Shown: positions 40,670 to 52,834 of the stretch, one piece after another
How positions within the stretch are numbered: the stretch's first letter is position 1
Layout: each line of letters opens with the position of its first letter
Assembly (NCBI GenBank): GCA_964016885.1
Contig: OZ024742.1
Location: 285,386,001 to 285,450,000, forward strand
Direction: 5' to 3'
Origin: Eledone cirrhosa
Taxonomy: Eukaryota
DNA: 64,000 bases
Program-made: the position numbers and the translations under genes
The notes under the pieces: generated by a model
Databases searched by the model: none
Told to the model about the DNA's origin: nothing
Seen by the model: only the letters and a program-made list of their open reading frames with translations

Positions 40670-41112
40670 GTTGCAATTTCTAATTTAGGCATAACGCCAT
40701 TAATTTTAGGGAAGGAGAAAGTAAATTAAATCGACCCAATACTTGATTATCATTTTATCAAACTCAGGATGAGAAATAAAGTTCACCTCGACGAGATTTT
40801 AACTAAGCGACGTAAAGAACCAACACTAAATCATTTTGTCTGACGCATTCACGATTCTGTCAAACCACCACCACCGTCAATAATAAAGGTTTATTATTTA
40901 GGCAGAAGGCCAGGAATCATTTTTTGTGGGGGAGGAGGGAGTCGATTAAATCGACCCCAGTGCGCGATTGGTACTTTTTTTTTAATACCCCCGAAAGGCT
41001 GAAAAACAAAGTAGACCTTGGTGGGATTTGAACTCAGAACGTAAGGAGCTGGAAGAAAAGTCACAAAGCATTTTCTCCAACACTCTAACGATTCCACCAA
41101 TCCACCGCCCTT
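40670..41112 (-). mobile_element. Two divergent tRNA-SINE copies
   Basis: TTAAATCGACCC, GGATTTGAACTCAG and related SINE motifs in reverse orientation. Confidence 0.7.
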
Positions 41113-41130
41113 ATGTTAATAATAATAATC

Positions 41131-41345
41131 CAGAATTGATGGCTATTAACAAAAATATGGGTCCAACATCGAGGCGGTGCTCTTACAGAAAACAACACCC
41201 CTTGACAGTGTTAGGATACTCAGAAAAGTGCTTAACAATTGAAGGTAGCACCATAGTCCACTGGTTGTGGACAGCTGGCACCAGTATCGCATCACCAGCA
41301 ACAAATGCTTTGCAACAAACAGATAATAATATTAATAATAATAAT
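41131..41345 (+). mobile_element. R4/Dong-like RLE LINE extreme 3' end in (TAA)n
   Basis: IEAVLLQKTTPLDSVRILRKVLNN* resembles the R4/Dong C-terminal LQK...RILRKVL motif; short UTR then (TAA)n; TAA repeats also 5'. Confidence 0.7.
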
Positions 41346-42230
41346 TTAGGCACAAAGTCAGCATTTTGTGGGGTGGGAAAGTCGATTATATCAAACCAGT
41401 ACTTGACTGGTACTTTATTGACCCTAAAAAGATGAAAGGCAAGTTTGACATCGGTAGTAATACAGCTGTGATAGTGTTAACGTTAATCTTATAAGAAAAT
41501 GTTTGGAAATTTCATTGATTGAATTGGAATACTCATCGTCGATACAAATGCACGACCCCACCATTACCACCATCATCATCTTTATAATCACCCAGAGAAC
41601 AGTATGTCTTAACCGGGAGCTTACTTGACACACCAGTCTCCTCTTGCTTTCTTCACACCCACGATCTTTCCTCTCAAACACAATTGAATAGGAACTAATT
41701 GGCTTTCCAATCAATATCGATCTTGATCTCGCGTTTCTACTCTATTGCCTGTATTTATCTCAGCTTCCTTCGGTAGATTTAAAGTTATGGGATTGGTTAG
41801 ATTTAGTCCGTCACCCAACTGAATACCACCATCTGTCCGACTGTTGGTTCCCCTTACCAGAGTTCATTCTGTTGTCAAAATTCAAACCACATCTCAGGTT
41901 TGAGGATAGCTTCTTCCTTCCTTTCTTCCTCAAGTGAACGGGAGCTCTGAAAAGGATCAGGAACACTGCCACCCCACCCCGAGAATAAACAGTAAAAATC
42001 TATTATCCTACTTCAGATGGAAACATATTTTCTGATCCTACCGGACGTTTTCTTTATTCTCAATCAACTTGAGATTATTAACGGTAACAGAATCATTATA
42101 GTTATGAACCTTCAGGTTTTTAGATTCAAATCAAATTGATACCGACTTTACATTAGTACTGAGGTCAATGTTATCGGGTTTCCTTTTACCCCCAAATTAC
42201 TGGCTTTCCACCTAAATTAGAAACCATTAG

Positions 42231-42441
42231 TGGATTGGCAGAATCGGTAGAGCGTCAGACATGCTTTGTGACATAGATTTACAGCCCTTTACGTTCTGAG
42301 TTCAAATCTCGCCGAGGTTAACTTAGCCTTTCATCCTTACATGGTCGATAAAATAAAGTACCAGTAATGCACTAAGGTCGATTTAATCAACTTTCCTCTC
42401 TCCAAATTGTTAGCCCTGTGCCTAAATCAGAAACCATTATT
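42231..42441 (+). mobile_element. tRNA-SINE, long variant
   Basis: TGGCAGAATCGGTAGAGC A-box, GAGTTCAAATCT B-box, core, CCTAAATCAGAAACCATTATT end. Confidence 0.88.
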
Positions 42442-42752
42442 TACATTCGACTTTCCCCTTCCCAAATATTGCTGGCCTTGTGCCTATAAGAGAAATCATA
42501 ATTACGATTGGCAGAATCGTTAGAGCATCGAAAAAATATTTTGTGGTATTTGTTCCAACTCTCTGCACCTCAAGTTTAAATTTTATTGGGTCAGACGTTT
42601 GGAGTTGATAAAGTAAAGTACCAGTTAAGTACTGGGGTCGATATAATTGGTTTCTCTCTGTCAACATTGTAATTATTGTTAATGTGGTTGGTGGAATATA
42701 CGAGTAATTTCTGACTTGATGGAACCGTAGAGGCATAGTTGTAATATACAGC

Positions 42753-42860
42753 TTTTCTTCTTTTCTTTTCTTTTCTTTTCTTTTCTTTTCTTTTCTTTTC
42801 TTTTCTTTTCTTTTCTTTTCTTTTCTTTTCTTTTCTTTTCTTCTTTCTTCTTTCTTCTTC

Positions 42861-42933
<73 letters not shown>

Positions 42934-42958
42934 TGAGAGAGAGAGAGAGAGAGAGAGA
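42753..42958. repeat. (CTTTT)n followed by (GA)n
   Basis: Direct reading. Confidence 0.95.
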
Positions 42959-43007
42959 ATGAATCAACCTCAATACTGGATTAGTACATTCTTTATCGAT
43001 CTCGAAA

Positions 43008-43390
43008 TAATTGTTTCTACTTTTGGCACAAGGCCAGTAATTACCCAGTACATTACTAGTACTTTATTTTATCGACCCCGTAAGGATGAAAGGCAAAGTT
43101 AACCTCGGCGGGATTTGAACTCAGAATGGCAAGGGCCGTAACTCTATGCGCCCGACCCTCTACCGATAAATTGGCTTCTGATTTAGGCACAAGGCCAACA
43201 ATTTTTTTTTTTTTTCGTGGGGGAAAATTGATTAAATCAACACCAGTGTATTACTGGTACTTTATTTTATCGACCGTGTAAAGGTGAAAAGCAAAGCTAA
43301 CCTGTGGGATATGAATATAGCTGGCGTAGAGAACCAGAACAAATACCGCAAAACATTTTATCCGAAGTATAAATGAGTATGCCAGTGCAC
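43008..43390 (-). mobile_element. Two tRNA-SINE copies
   Basis: Reverse-complement SINE core and B-box. Confidence 0.8.
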
Positions 43391-43690
43391 CACCTAGTGG
43401 CTATAAGAGAAATTATTATTTATCCCTTTGGTGTTATACTGTAACACTAACCTTTCATCCACCATGTCCAATAATTGGAAGATGATATATATACAATTGT
43501 CTCCCTTACATATTAGCATATTAACCTACTGAATTAAATGAAATATTAATATCTATAAATGTTTGTCTACCTACATTACTATCTCCCCAGCTCTCTCCCT
43601 TTACCAAATACATATATTGTGTATATATATATATATATATATTGTGTATATATATATATTGTGTATATATATATATATATATATATATAA

Positions 43691-43753
<63 letters not shown>

Positions 43754-43884
43754 GTACACATAATGTATATATATACATTCAAGTGATTAGCAATTTTAAG
43801 ACAACTTAATCAATGAAACAATTGTTAATACTGTAAATAAAACCCTTCTTGTACTGTTGACCATGTTATTCTTCACTCTTTCAC

Positions 43885-43943
<59 letters not shown>

Positions 43944-44270
43944 TTGTGTGTGTATGTATACCGATATGTATAAGTATACAGTATTTATATATGGGTAAGT
44001 ATGTGTGTGTATGAATGTATGTGTAAGCATGAAGGTGTGAAGTTGCTACTTAAATTATTTTTATCAAGATAATATGTTTATGATTTATGAAATAAATGTC
44101 ATTTAATTATAGAACCGAGTATAGATATGTTTACCTTTCATATGAGTCTATCACGGGGATGGATTATTAAGTGGGCGTTAAAATAGTAATAGAGATGATG
44201 ATAAGTAAATCTTTATTTTGACATCATCATCATCATCATCACAGCAATACCACATCAACACTATTATTAC

Positions 44271-45537
44271 TGGATTGGCAGTATCGGTAGAGGGTCGGAC
44301 GCCATGTTTTGCAGCATAGAGTTACGGCCCTTGCCACTCTGAGTTCAAATCCCGCCGAGGTTAACTTTGCTTTCATGCTTACGAGGTCGATAAAATAAAG
44401 TACCAGTAATGCACTGGGATAATTGCTGGCCTTGTGCCAAAAGTAGAAATAATAATAATAATTATTATTACTTGGCAGTATCGGTAGAGAGTTGGACGCC
44501 ATGCTTTCTAGCATAGTTACGTCCCTTTACGGTTTGAGTTCAAATCCCGTCGAGGTTAACTTTGCCTTTCATCCTTTCGGGGTCGATAAAATAAAGTACC
44601 AGTAATGTACTGAGATAATTGCTGGCCTTGTGCCAAAAGTAGAAACAATTATTACTATTATTATTATTACTTTCAAAGTAAAGGGTGTCATGAATGATAC
44701 AAAATCAAACATATGTCTTGGCGGTGAATTGGCAGTATCGGTAGAGGGTCGGACACCATACTTTGACGCATAGAGTTACGGCCCTTTATGATCTGAGTTC
44801 AAATCCCGCCGAGGTTAACTTTGCCTTTCATCCTTACGGGGTCGATAAAATAAAGTACCAGTAATGTACTGAGATAATTGCTGGCCTTGTGCCAAAAGTA
44901 GAAACAATTATTACAATCACTGTTAAGGGCGGTGGATTTCCAGAGTCGTTTGAACGTCAGATGGAACCCTTTGTGGTATTTGTTCTGGCGCTCTGCTCTC
45001 TGGTGTTCAAATCCTGCCATGGTAAACTTTGCCTTTCATCCATACGAGCTTGATTAAAAAAGTACCAGTCCAGTCCAGTACGTGGGTCACGTCTCTCTCT
45101 CACTTTAATTCTCTCGCTCTCTCAATCATTCTCTGGAAGAAATCTGTTGTATTCAGACCTGGAGAAGAGATGGACTCCACCAGGTTTTAAAAAATGCCTT
45201 AGAAACGCCGTATATCAATACGTCGCCCCATACAACTCTCTCGGGAGTTATGGGACCATGCATGCATGCAACACCACGGCAATATCACACCAACACTATT
45301 ATTACAGTAGCTGTTAAGGGCAGTGGATTGACAGTATCGGTAGAGCGTCGGACAATATGCTTTGCGGCATAGTTACGTCCCTTTACGTTCTGAGTTCAAA
45401 TCCCGTCATGGTTAGCTTAGTTTTTCATCCTTTCGAGGCCAATAAAATAAAGTACCAGTAATGCTCTGGGATCAATTTAATCAGCTTTCCCTTCCCCCAA
45501 AATTGTTGGCCTTGTGTCTAAATCAGAAACCACAATT
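44271..45537 (+). mobile_element. Cluster of five co-oriented tRNA-SINE copies (~44271, 44473, 44720, 44925, 45316)
   Basis: Each has the TTCAAATCC B-box and TTTCAT core; several end in (AAT/ATT)n tails. Confidence 0.88.
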
Positions 45538-45674
45538 ACAATCATTGTTAACACCACTATAAATGGAATGGACCTTCGTCGGTTTCGACGATAAGTGTTC
45601 TAGTTGTTCGAACAAGAACAATGTAGTCTCAGCGTGGCACAGTGTAAGACGAGGCTGGTTATTTAAATTGCAGA

Positions 45675-45856
45675 TGCAGTCTATTCGAAGGGCTTCCACA
45701 CAGTTCCCGTCTGTTCAATTTCACTATCAATGCACGTGGGCACGTGTTGCTCGGAGGCTATGGTAAATGACACTAGCTCAAAATGCCACACTGTGGGGTC
45801 AAATCCGGGACCTTATGGCTGTGAAGCGAACCTCTTCACTATTTGGCTATGCCACA
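45675..45856 (-). mobile_element. Divergent tRNA/CORE-type SINE
   Basis: Minus strand reads ...GCTAGTGTCATTTACCATAGCC...AGACGGGAACTGTGTGGAAGCCC after a degenerate tRNA-like head. Confidence 0.55.
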
Positions 45857-45984
45857 TCCACTATCAATACTTTTATTACTAGCACCACAACACCTCCATC
45901 ACCACACCACCACTTCACCACCATCACCACACCACCACTTCACCACCATCACCAGTAACGCCATCATCACTACCAAAACTACCA

Positions 45985-46616
45985 TGGTGGTGATGACAGG
46001 GATGAGGATGGTGATAGTGGTGATGGTGAGGATGATGGTGGTGTTGATGGCAAAATGATGATGGTGGTGGTGGCAAAATGATGATGGTGGTGGTGGCAAA
46101 ATGATGATGGTGGTGTTGATGGCAAAATGATGGTGGTGGTGATGGCAAAATTATAATGATGGTGGTGATGGCAAAATGATGATGGTGGTGGTGTTGATGG
46201 CAAAATGATGGTGGTGGTGGTGGGTGTTGATGGCAAAATGATGGTGGTGGTGGTGGGTGTTGATGGCAAAATGATGGTGATGGTGGTGGCGGGAGTGTTG
46301 ATGGCAAAATGATGGTGATGGTGGTGGCGGGGGTGTTGATGGCAAAATGATGATGGTGGTGGTGGTGGTGGTGGTGGTAGCAAAATGAGGATGGTTGTTG
46401 TGGTGATGGCAAAATGATGGTGGTGGTGGGGGTGTTGATGGCAAAATGATGGTGATGGTGGTGGCGGGAGTGTTGATGGCAAAATGATGGTGATGGTGGT
46501 GGCGGGGGTGTTGATGGCAAAATGATGATGGTGGTGGTGGCGGGGGTGTTGATAGCAAAATGATGGTGATGGTGGTGGCGGGGGTGTTGATGGCAAAATG
46601 ATGATGGTGGTGGTGA
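45985..46616 (+). repeat. Minisatellite GTTGATGGCAAAATGATG(GTG)n
   Basis: Direct reading. Confidence 0.92.
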
Positions 46617-46929
46617 CGGCTATTAGGAAATGGCAAGAGACATACGATAATTAATAAAATAAGCAGACATTATGAACAAAGTAAAACAACAACAACAACA
46701 ACAAAACAACAACAACAAGACGACAACAACAACAATAATAATGATGGCTTTCTTTCTATTTGTTTTGTTATCCTGTTGTGTTATATTGTTTTTACGACGG
46801 AAAAATACTGACTACAACAGTGATGGTAGGTGATATCACCCTCTACATCTCCTCTTCCTCTCCTCCTCCTCTTTACAACTAGATATCATACTAAAACATC
46901 TCCACTTACACCGACACCAGTGTCTCTTC

Positions 46930-47298
46930 CAACACCACCACCACACCACCACCAACACCAACAGCAACACCACCACCAACACCAACAGCAACACCACAAA
47001 CATCACCACCACCACTACCAACACCACCACCACCACCACCACTACCACCAACACCACCAACACCAACATCACCAACACCACCACCACCACCACCAGCAAC
47101 ACCACCACCACCAACACCACCAACAACACCACCACCGCCACCAACACCCCCAACAACAACATTAACACCAACGCCACCTACAACACCGATACCCCCCCCC
47201 ACACCCTCACGTCCCCAACACCCCAACACCACCACCACCCCAACAACATTAACACCAACACCACCTACAACAACACCACCAATACCCCCACCCCAACA
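46930..47298. repeat. (CCA/CAA)n compound repeat
   Basis: Direct reading. Confidence 0.9.
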
Positions 47299-47409
47299 AG
47301 TATCTAGTTACCGAATCACTAAAAGAACATCACCACGAGGTATTGATTATATGATGGTGATAGTATCCCGCTCAGCAGTCTTATAGATCTTGACAGCAAG
47401 GAAAATATC

Positions 47410-47614
47410 CTGTCTACATCTATCTATGTCTGTCTGTCTATGTCTGTCTCTCTGTCTATGTCTGTCTGTCTGTCTGTCTATGTCTGTCTGTCTGTCTCTC
47501 TGTCTATGTTTGTCTGTCTATGTCTGTTTGTCTGTCTCTGTCTGTCTGTCTCTGTCTGTCTGTCTGTCTCTCTATATCTGTCTATCTATATGTCTGTCTA
47601 CCTATCTATCTGTC
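47410..47614. repeat. (TGTC/TATC)n microsatellite, insertion site of Tx1-B
   Basis: Direct reading; ends in TATCTATCTGTC. Confidence 0.92.
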
Positions 47615-50600
47615 AGGTCATCTCCAATGACCCTTCGGTGAAAAACGAAGGGGAAACTTTTTCGAACTGTGTAGACAAACCTAATTTAAAGATGATTAGG
47701 GTCCCTACGGACACCTATAAGTCTTTAAAGGAAAACTGTCCTAAGGACGTGGGTAATCCTTGTGTTAAACCCATTAACCGTGTCCTTTTAAAAAGTTTCC
47801 CCACCCTCACCCCAGACACCCCCACCCCATTAGAAAGCCCCTCCTCACCAAACATCTCCGTCTCCACCCCGCCGGAAACCACCACCCACCCAGACAACCC
47901 CTCTAACACCCCCATGGAAATCGTGCGGCCTGATCCCCGGGAGACGAAGAGGTGAGTGTTTTCTTCGCCTCTTCTTTTAACTTTTCAGCACCAACATGGC
48001 CAATATAAGAGTTGGGTGTGTGAATGTAAGCGGCCTGGGGATGCCCTGGAAACAGGGCACACTCTTAAACGACCTCAGGTCGCACAGTATGGATGTAGTA
48101 GACATTTGCGAGTCCAGGATCCACAGCGAGCGACAACTGTCCCCCATCTTCGACGACTTTGAGATCTACGCATCTCTCTGTCAGCCGGGGGGTGGGGGCG
48201 GGGTTGCCGATTTGCTGCGGAAAGACCTGGGCCTCGTAACACAGACGGTACATCTGGACCCGGAGGGTCGACTGGTGGTCCTAGACGTTGACGGTAGTGA
48301 AGGTGGAGCCTTCAGGCTGGTGGCCGCATATGCCCCATCCGGGACACCACGGCCAGACTTCTTCAAACGTCTAGAGACTTTTCTGGGAACGTCCCGCTCA
48401 TTGCCTTTAGTGGGGGACTGGAATGGAATCCTAGATGCACGTTGGAACTATGTGAGAACATGTCCCGATAAAGGGGGTGTAACAGCCTCAAACAATTAAT
48501 CGACCGATTTGACCTGGCCGATAGATATCGACTAGATTTTCCGACTGTGCCACTGTGGACGTGGACTAATCGCAGCGGAACATCTAGATAGGGTTCTAGT
48601 TAGTACCTAGATAGGGTTAGTACCTAGATAGGGTTCTAGTTAGAAATAAGGATAGGGACATGTTAAGCTGTCCACAAATGTTCATAGTTGCCTATTCAGA
48701 TCACAAACTAGTGACCTGCATGGTCAACCTTGATAGAACCCATAGACAAGGACCCGGCTACTGAAAGCTGAACTTGTCGTTACCGACATGCAAAGCCTAC
48801 AGTAGACGGATTAGCACTTTAGTTAAACAGCACTTGACAGGGACCATTGTGAACAACAGATGGTGGTACTCTCTCAAGAGGGCAGTTAGATTAGACTCGT
48901 TAGTTTTTAGTAAAGAATTAGCGTTAGATAGAAATAGGACCGAGAAGGAACTGGTAGATAAAGTAGAAGAGGCAATTAGAAGTGGCAACGTAGCCAGCGT
49001 GCTAGCAACGAGAACGGCCTTGGACCGGTTCTTCGGCGCAAAGGACGAGGGCTGCGTTGTCAGAAGCAAAATACGTGCTCTGGGAAACGAGGGAGCCAAA
49101 GCTGTTAGCTGAGCCCGAGTGACGGAGGCAAAAAGTGGCAACAAGTCCACGATTCGGTCTTTGAAGGACCAAGACGGACGCGTGATACGTGAGCCGAAGC
49201 AGATGTATGCGGCCTTTCAGCGGCACTTTGCTCAACTGTTAGGGCAGGGCGGCGCGCCGGGAGGGGCTATGGATTTCGGTCCATATCTCGACGCCCTACC
49301 GCGAGGTGAAGTTCTGCGAAAAGCCGATTTCAGCCGCTGAGATAGGGGACGCGCTGAGCCAATGCGGCAAACGCAAATCTCCAGGTCTCGACGGTCTACC
49401 CTACGGATTTTACGTAGCAATGTCGGACATATTCTCCGGTCTTCTGGAAGTGGTCTACTGCAACTGGCAGCAGAACGGGAGAATTCCCAGTTCTATGACC
49501 GGGGGCGTAGTCACACTAGTCAGGAAGGACGATAATAAGGGGGATGACATAGGCAACTTCCGGCCCATAACTTTGCTAAACACAGAGTTATAGATTTTGG
49601 TCAAGGTGTTGGCAAAGAGGCTGGCGCTTGTCGTCGGGAACCTGGTGGGAGAAGCGCAGACATGCGCAATCCCGAGCAGGTCCATACACGACAACCTCCA
49701 CCTCATGCGATACATCATAGAGAGGGTAGGGTGTAAACCCGGCTTCGGTGGGGCCCTGATCAACTTGGATCAGTCTAAGGCTTTCGATAGGGTTGACCAT
49801 CGTTACCTGGATGCAGTGCTCGAGGCGGCAAACTTCGGACCCGTGTTCAGGGTCTGGATTGCTGCAATGCACAACAGCAACATCTGCTCAAGGGTTAAGG
49901 TGAACGGCTACCTCTCGGAGCCGTTCCATATCACGCGATCCATTCGACAGGGATGCCCTCTCTCCTCCCTTCTGTACGTACTGAATCTCGAGCCACTACT
50001 GCGGAAGCTGGAGCTATTGCAGGGCATCCCTCTGGAACCGGGACTGTGGAAAGCGGCATCGGCCTACGCTGACGACGTGACAGTAATGGTGTCGAGCACC
50101 TGGCAAATCGAGGAAGTAGGCACCTTACTGAAGGAATACGAAAGGTTCACAGGAGCGAAGCTGAACTGGGACAAGTTCATCGGTTTGCAACTCGGATCGT
50201 GGAGAGGCAAACCGATGCCTTCCGATGGCGTCGTCGGACGCTGGACGGAAGGACCGGTAAAGCTGGTCTGGTTTGGTCCGGACCTCCAGGTGGAGAAGAA
50301 CTGGAACGAGGTGACAGCCAAGGTGTTTGCACTCACCCAGAAGTGGGCCGAGTGCAAACTATCCTTGAAAGGTCAAGCGGAGGTGGCGAACACTTCTATA
50401 GCGTCCGCCATCTACTACCGCTTGACCGTCGTGCCTTGTCCAGCCAAAACGCTCACCAAAATGGAGCGCGCGCTCTTCCATTTCCTTTGGAAGAGGCGGG
50501 CTCTTTTGGTGAGAAGATCTATCTGCTGCCAACACCCTTTCAACGGAGGGCTGGGGATGCCGTGGCTGACGATGCGCAAACACGCGCTCAGGCTCCGGCA

Positions 50601-51625
50601 TCTCTACGTATTCCTCACCGGACAACCGAGATGCAGTCCTGGGTCAAGCAAAGACCGAGGAAAATGGGCGACTGGCACATCGAATGTGCTCAGGCTCTCA
50701 CAGCCCTCTGGCAGGCGGACCCGGCGATCAGTGGAGACTCCACTTCGTCATTCTATAGAGGGTTGATCCGCAGCAAGTGCGACGACGCGCTCGGTGAATC
50801 TCTAGGCGTAGAGGAAGATGAACTGGCCAGTCTGTTCGGTAGGACCTTCCGCCCGGGACCGATGGACAACTTCCAAAAGTTCCTGACCTGGCAGTGCTAC
50901 CGAGGAGCTCTACCTGTTCGAGACAAGCTCTACAGACATGGGCGCCCGGGCAGGGACTCTTCGAAAAAGATCTGTCCGAGGTGCGTGCGAGACGAAGAAA
51001 CCGTCGCGCACGCATTCATACACTGCCCGGGCGTTACCGACCTGTGGGGATATGTAGAACGACTATTGTCGCGGGTGGGACCAATCCGGTTGACCAACGA
51101 GTCCATTGTCATGATCAATCCGCCACCCTCCTTCAAAAACGAAGGAGAGACGGTTTTGCTTTGTGTGATAGCTATGGTGAAAGAGGTTGTATGGTGGACA
51201 TGGTTGAAAGGGCTGAGGTCAGACACCTTTCTCTCCGGCCAACAACTGATTCTTTTTTTCAAATACCACTTTGGAAGAAGAATCAGGATGGAGAGAGAGG
51301 TGCTGTACCTCAGCATGTTTTATGAAAGGTGGGTGAAAGTGGCGAGAATGGCCCGATTGAATGGGCCTTCTCTCTATATCAGCCTGTAGGTTGAGGAAAA
51401 AGAGGAGGAGAGGAAAGGGGTACAAATTCTTCGTACTCCTGGAGATGAGGGTTGCACATTTTTTCGGGGATATGTGTTACCCATATGTAATGTCTCCTCT
51501 ATTGGGGAAAATCGACTAATTTTAAAATTGCATTTGTGATAACATTTTACACGTTTTTATTGTATGTAAACTTCCCCCTTTGTATTGTCCCCTTCTTTTG
51601 TGCTCCTGTGGCTAATAAAGGAACA
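47615..51625 (+). mobile_element. 5'-truncated Tx1/L1-clade LINE, family B
   Basis: ORF1 C-terminus (47615-47955), ORF2, 3' UTR with AATAAA; perfect 12-bp TSD TATCTATCTGTC at 47603-47614 and 51626-51637. Confidence 0.95.
47996..51389 (+). pseudogene. Tx1-B ORF2 (APE-RT-CCHC), disrupted
   Basis: CVNVSG, GDWN, SPGLDG, FRPITLLN, DQSKAFD, RQGCPLS, YADD, CPRC...HAFIHC; several stops and frameshifts. Confidence 0.93.
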
Positions 51626-51649
51626 TATCTATCTGTCTGTATATGTATT

Positions 51650-52420
51650 TGTCTGTCTACATATATCTATGTCTGTCTACATATATCTACGTCTGTCTGT
51701 ATACATATATCTACGTCTGTCTGTCTGTCTACATATATCTACGTCTGTCTGTCTGTCTACATATATCTACGTCTGTCTGTCTGTCTACATATATCTACGT
51801 CTGTCTGTTTGTCTACATATATCTACGTCTGTCTGTCTGTCTACATATATCTACGTCTGTCTGTTTGTCTACATATATCTACGTCTGTCTGTCTGTCTAC
51901 ATATATCTGCGTCTGTCTGTCTGTCTACATATATCTACGTCTGTCTGTTTGTCTACATATATCTACGTCTGTCTGTCTGTCTACATATATCTACGTCTGT
52001 CTGTTTGTCTACATATATCTACGTCTGTCTGTTTGTCTACATATATCTACGTCTGTCTGTTTGTCTACATATATCTACGTCTGTCTGTCTGTCTACATAT
52101 ATCTATCTACGTCTGTCTGTCTGTCTACATATATCTACGTCTGTCTGTCTGTCTACATATATCTACGTCTGTCTGTTTGTCTACATATATCTACGTCTGT
52201 CTGTCTGTCTACATATATCTACGTCTGTCTGTTTGTCTACATATATCTACGTCTGTCTGTCTGTCTACATATATCTACGTCTGTCTGTCTGTCTACATAT
52301 ATCTACGTCTGTCTGTCTGTCTACATATATCTACGTCTGTCTGTCTGTCTACATATATCTACGTCTGTCTGTTTGTCTACATATATCTACGTCTGTATGT
52401 CTGTCTACATATATCTATGT
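51650..52420 (+). repeat. 28-bp minisatellite CTACATATATCTACGTCTGTCTGTCTGT
   Basis: Period of 28 (e.g. 51729, 51757). Confidence 0.95.
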
Positions 52421-52471
52421 ATTTCTGTCTGTCTGCCTGTCTGTTTGTCAGTCTTTGTGTGTATGTACCTA

Positions 52472-52669
52472 CGAAGGCCGGCTGAAAAGTCACAGGGTGA
52501 CCAAGATACTCTCATGGAATGACCAAATGAGGTTTAATTTTTCAACACAGTCCCTGGGAAAAAACAATGCAGTTATTAATAAGAAGCGTTGAAATTAACG
52601 CATGCAAGATTTCACAACTCTAGCATTAATCCTTCATAGTCAGCTTATGAGTTTTTCAGCCGACCCTCC
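52472..52669 (+). mobile_element. Mariner-type MITE
   Basis: Imperfect TIRs CGAAGGCCGGCTGAAAAG / TTTTTCAGCCGACCCTCC, TA flanks. Confidence 0.8.
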
Positions 52670-52704
52670 TATATATGAATGTATGTTGCATGTATGTGTA
52701 TATA

Positions 52705-52781
52705 CGAGGGTCGGCTGAAACGTTCATAGGCCGACAAAGATACTCTCATAGTCAGTCCATGAACTTTTCAGCTCATCCTCG
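52705..52781 (+). mobile_element. 77-bp miniature of the same mariner MITE
   Basis: CGAGGGTCGGCTGAAA...TTTTCAGCTCATCCTCG with TA flanks. Confidence 0.8.
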
Positions 52782-52834
52782 TATATATGTATGTATATGT
52801 GTGCATACATGTATACTGGTAACATGTCACCCAG

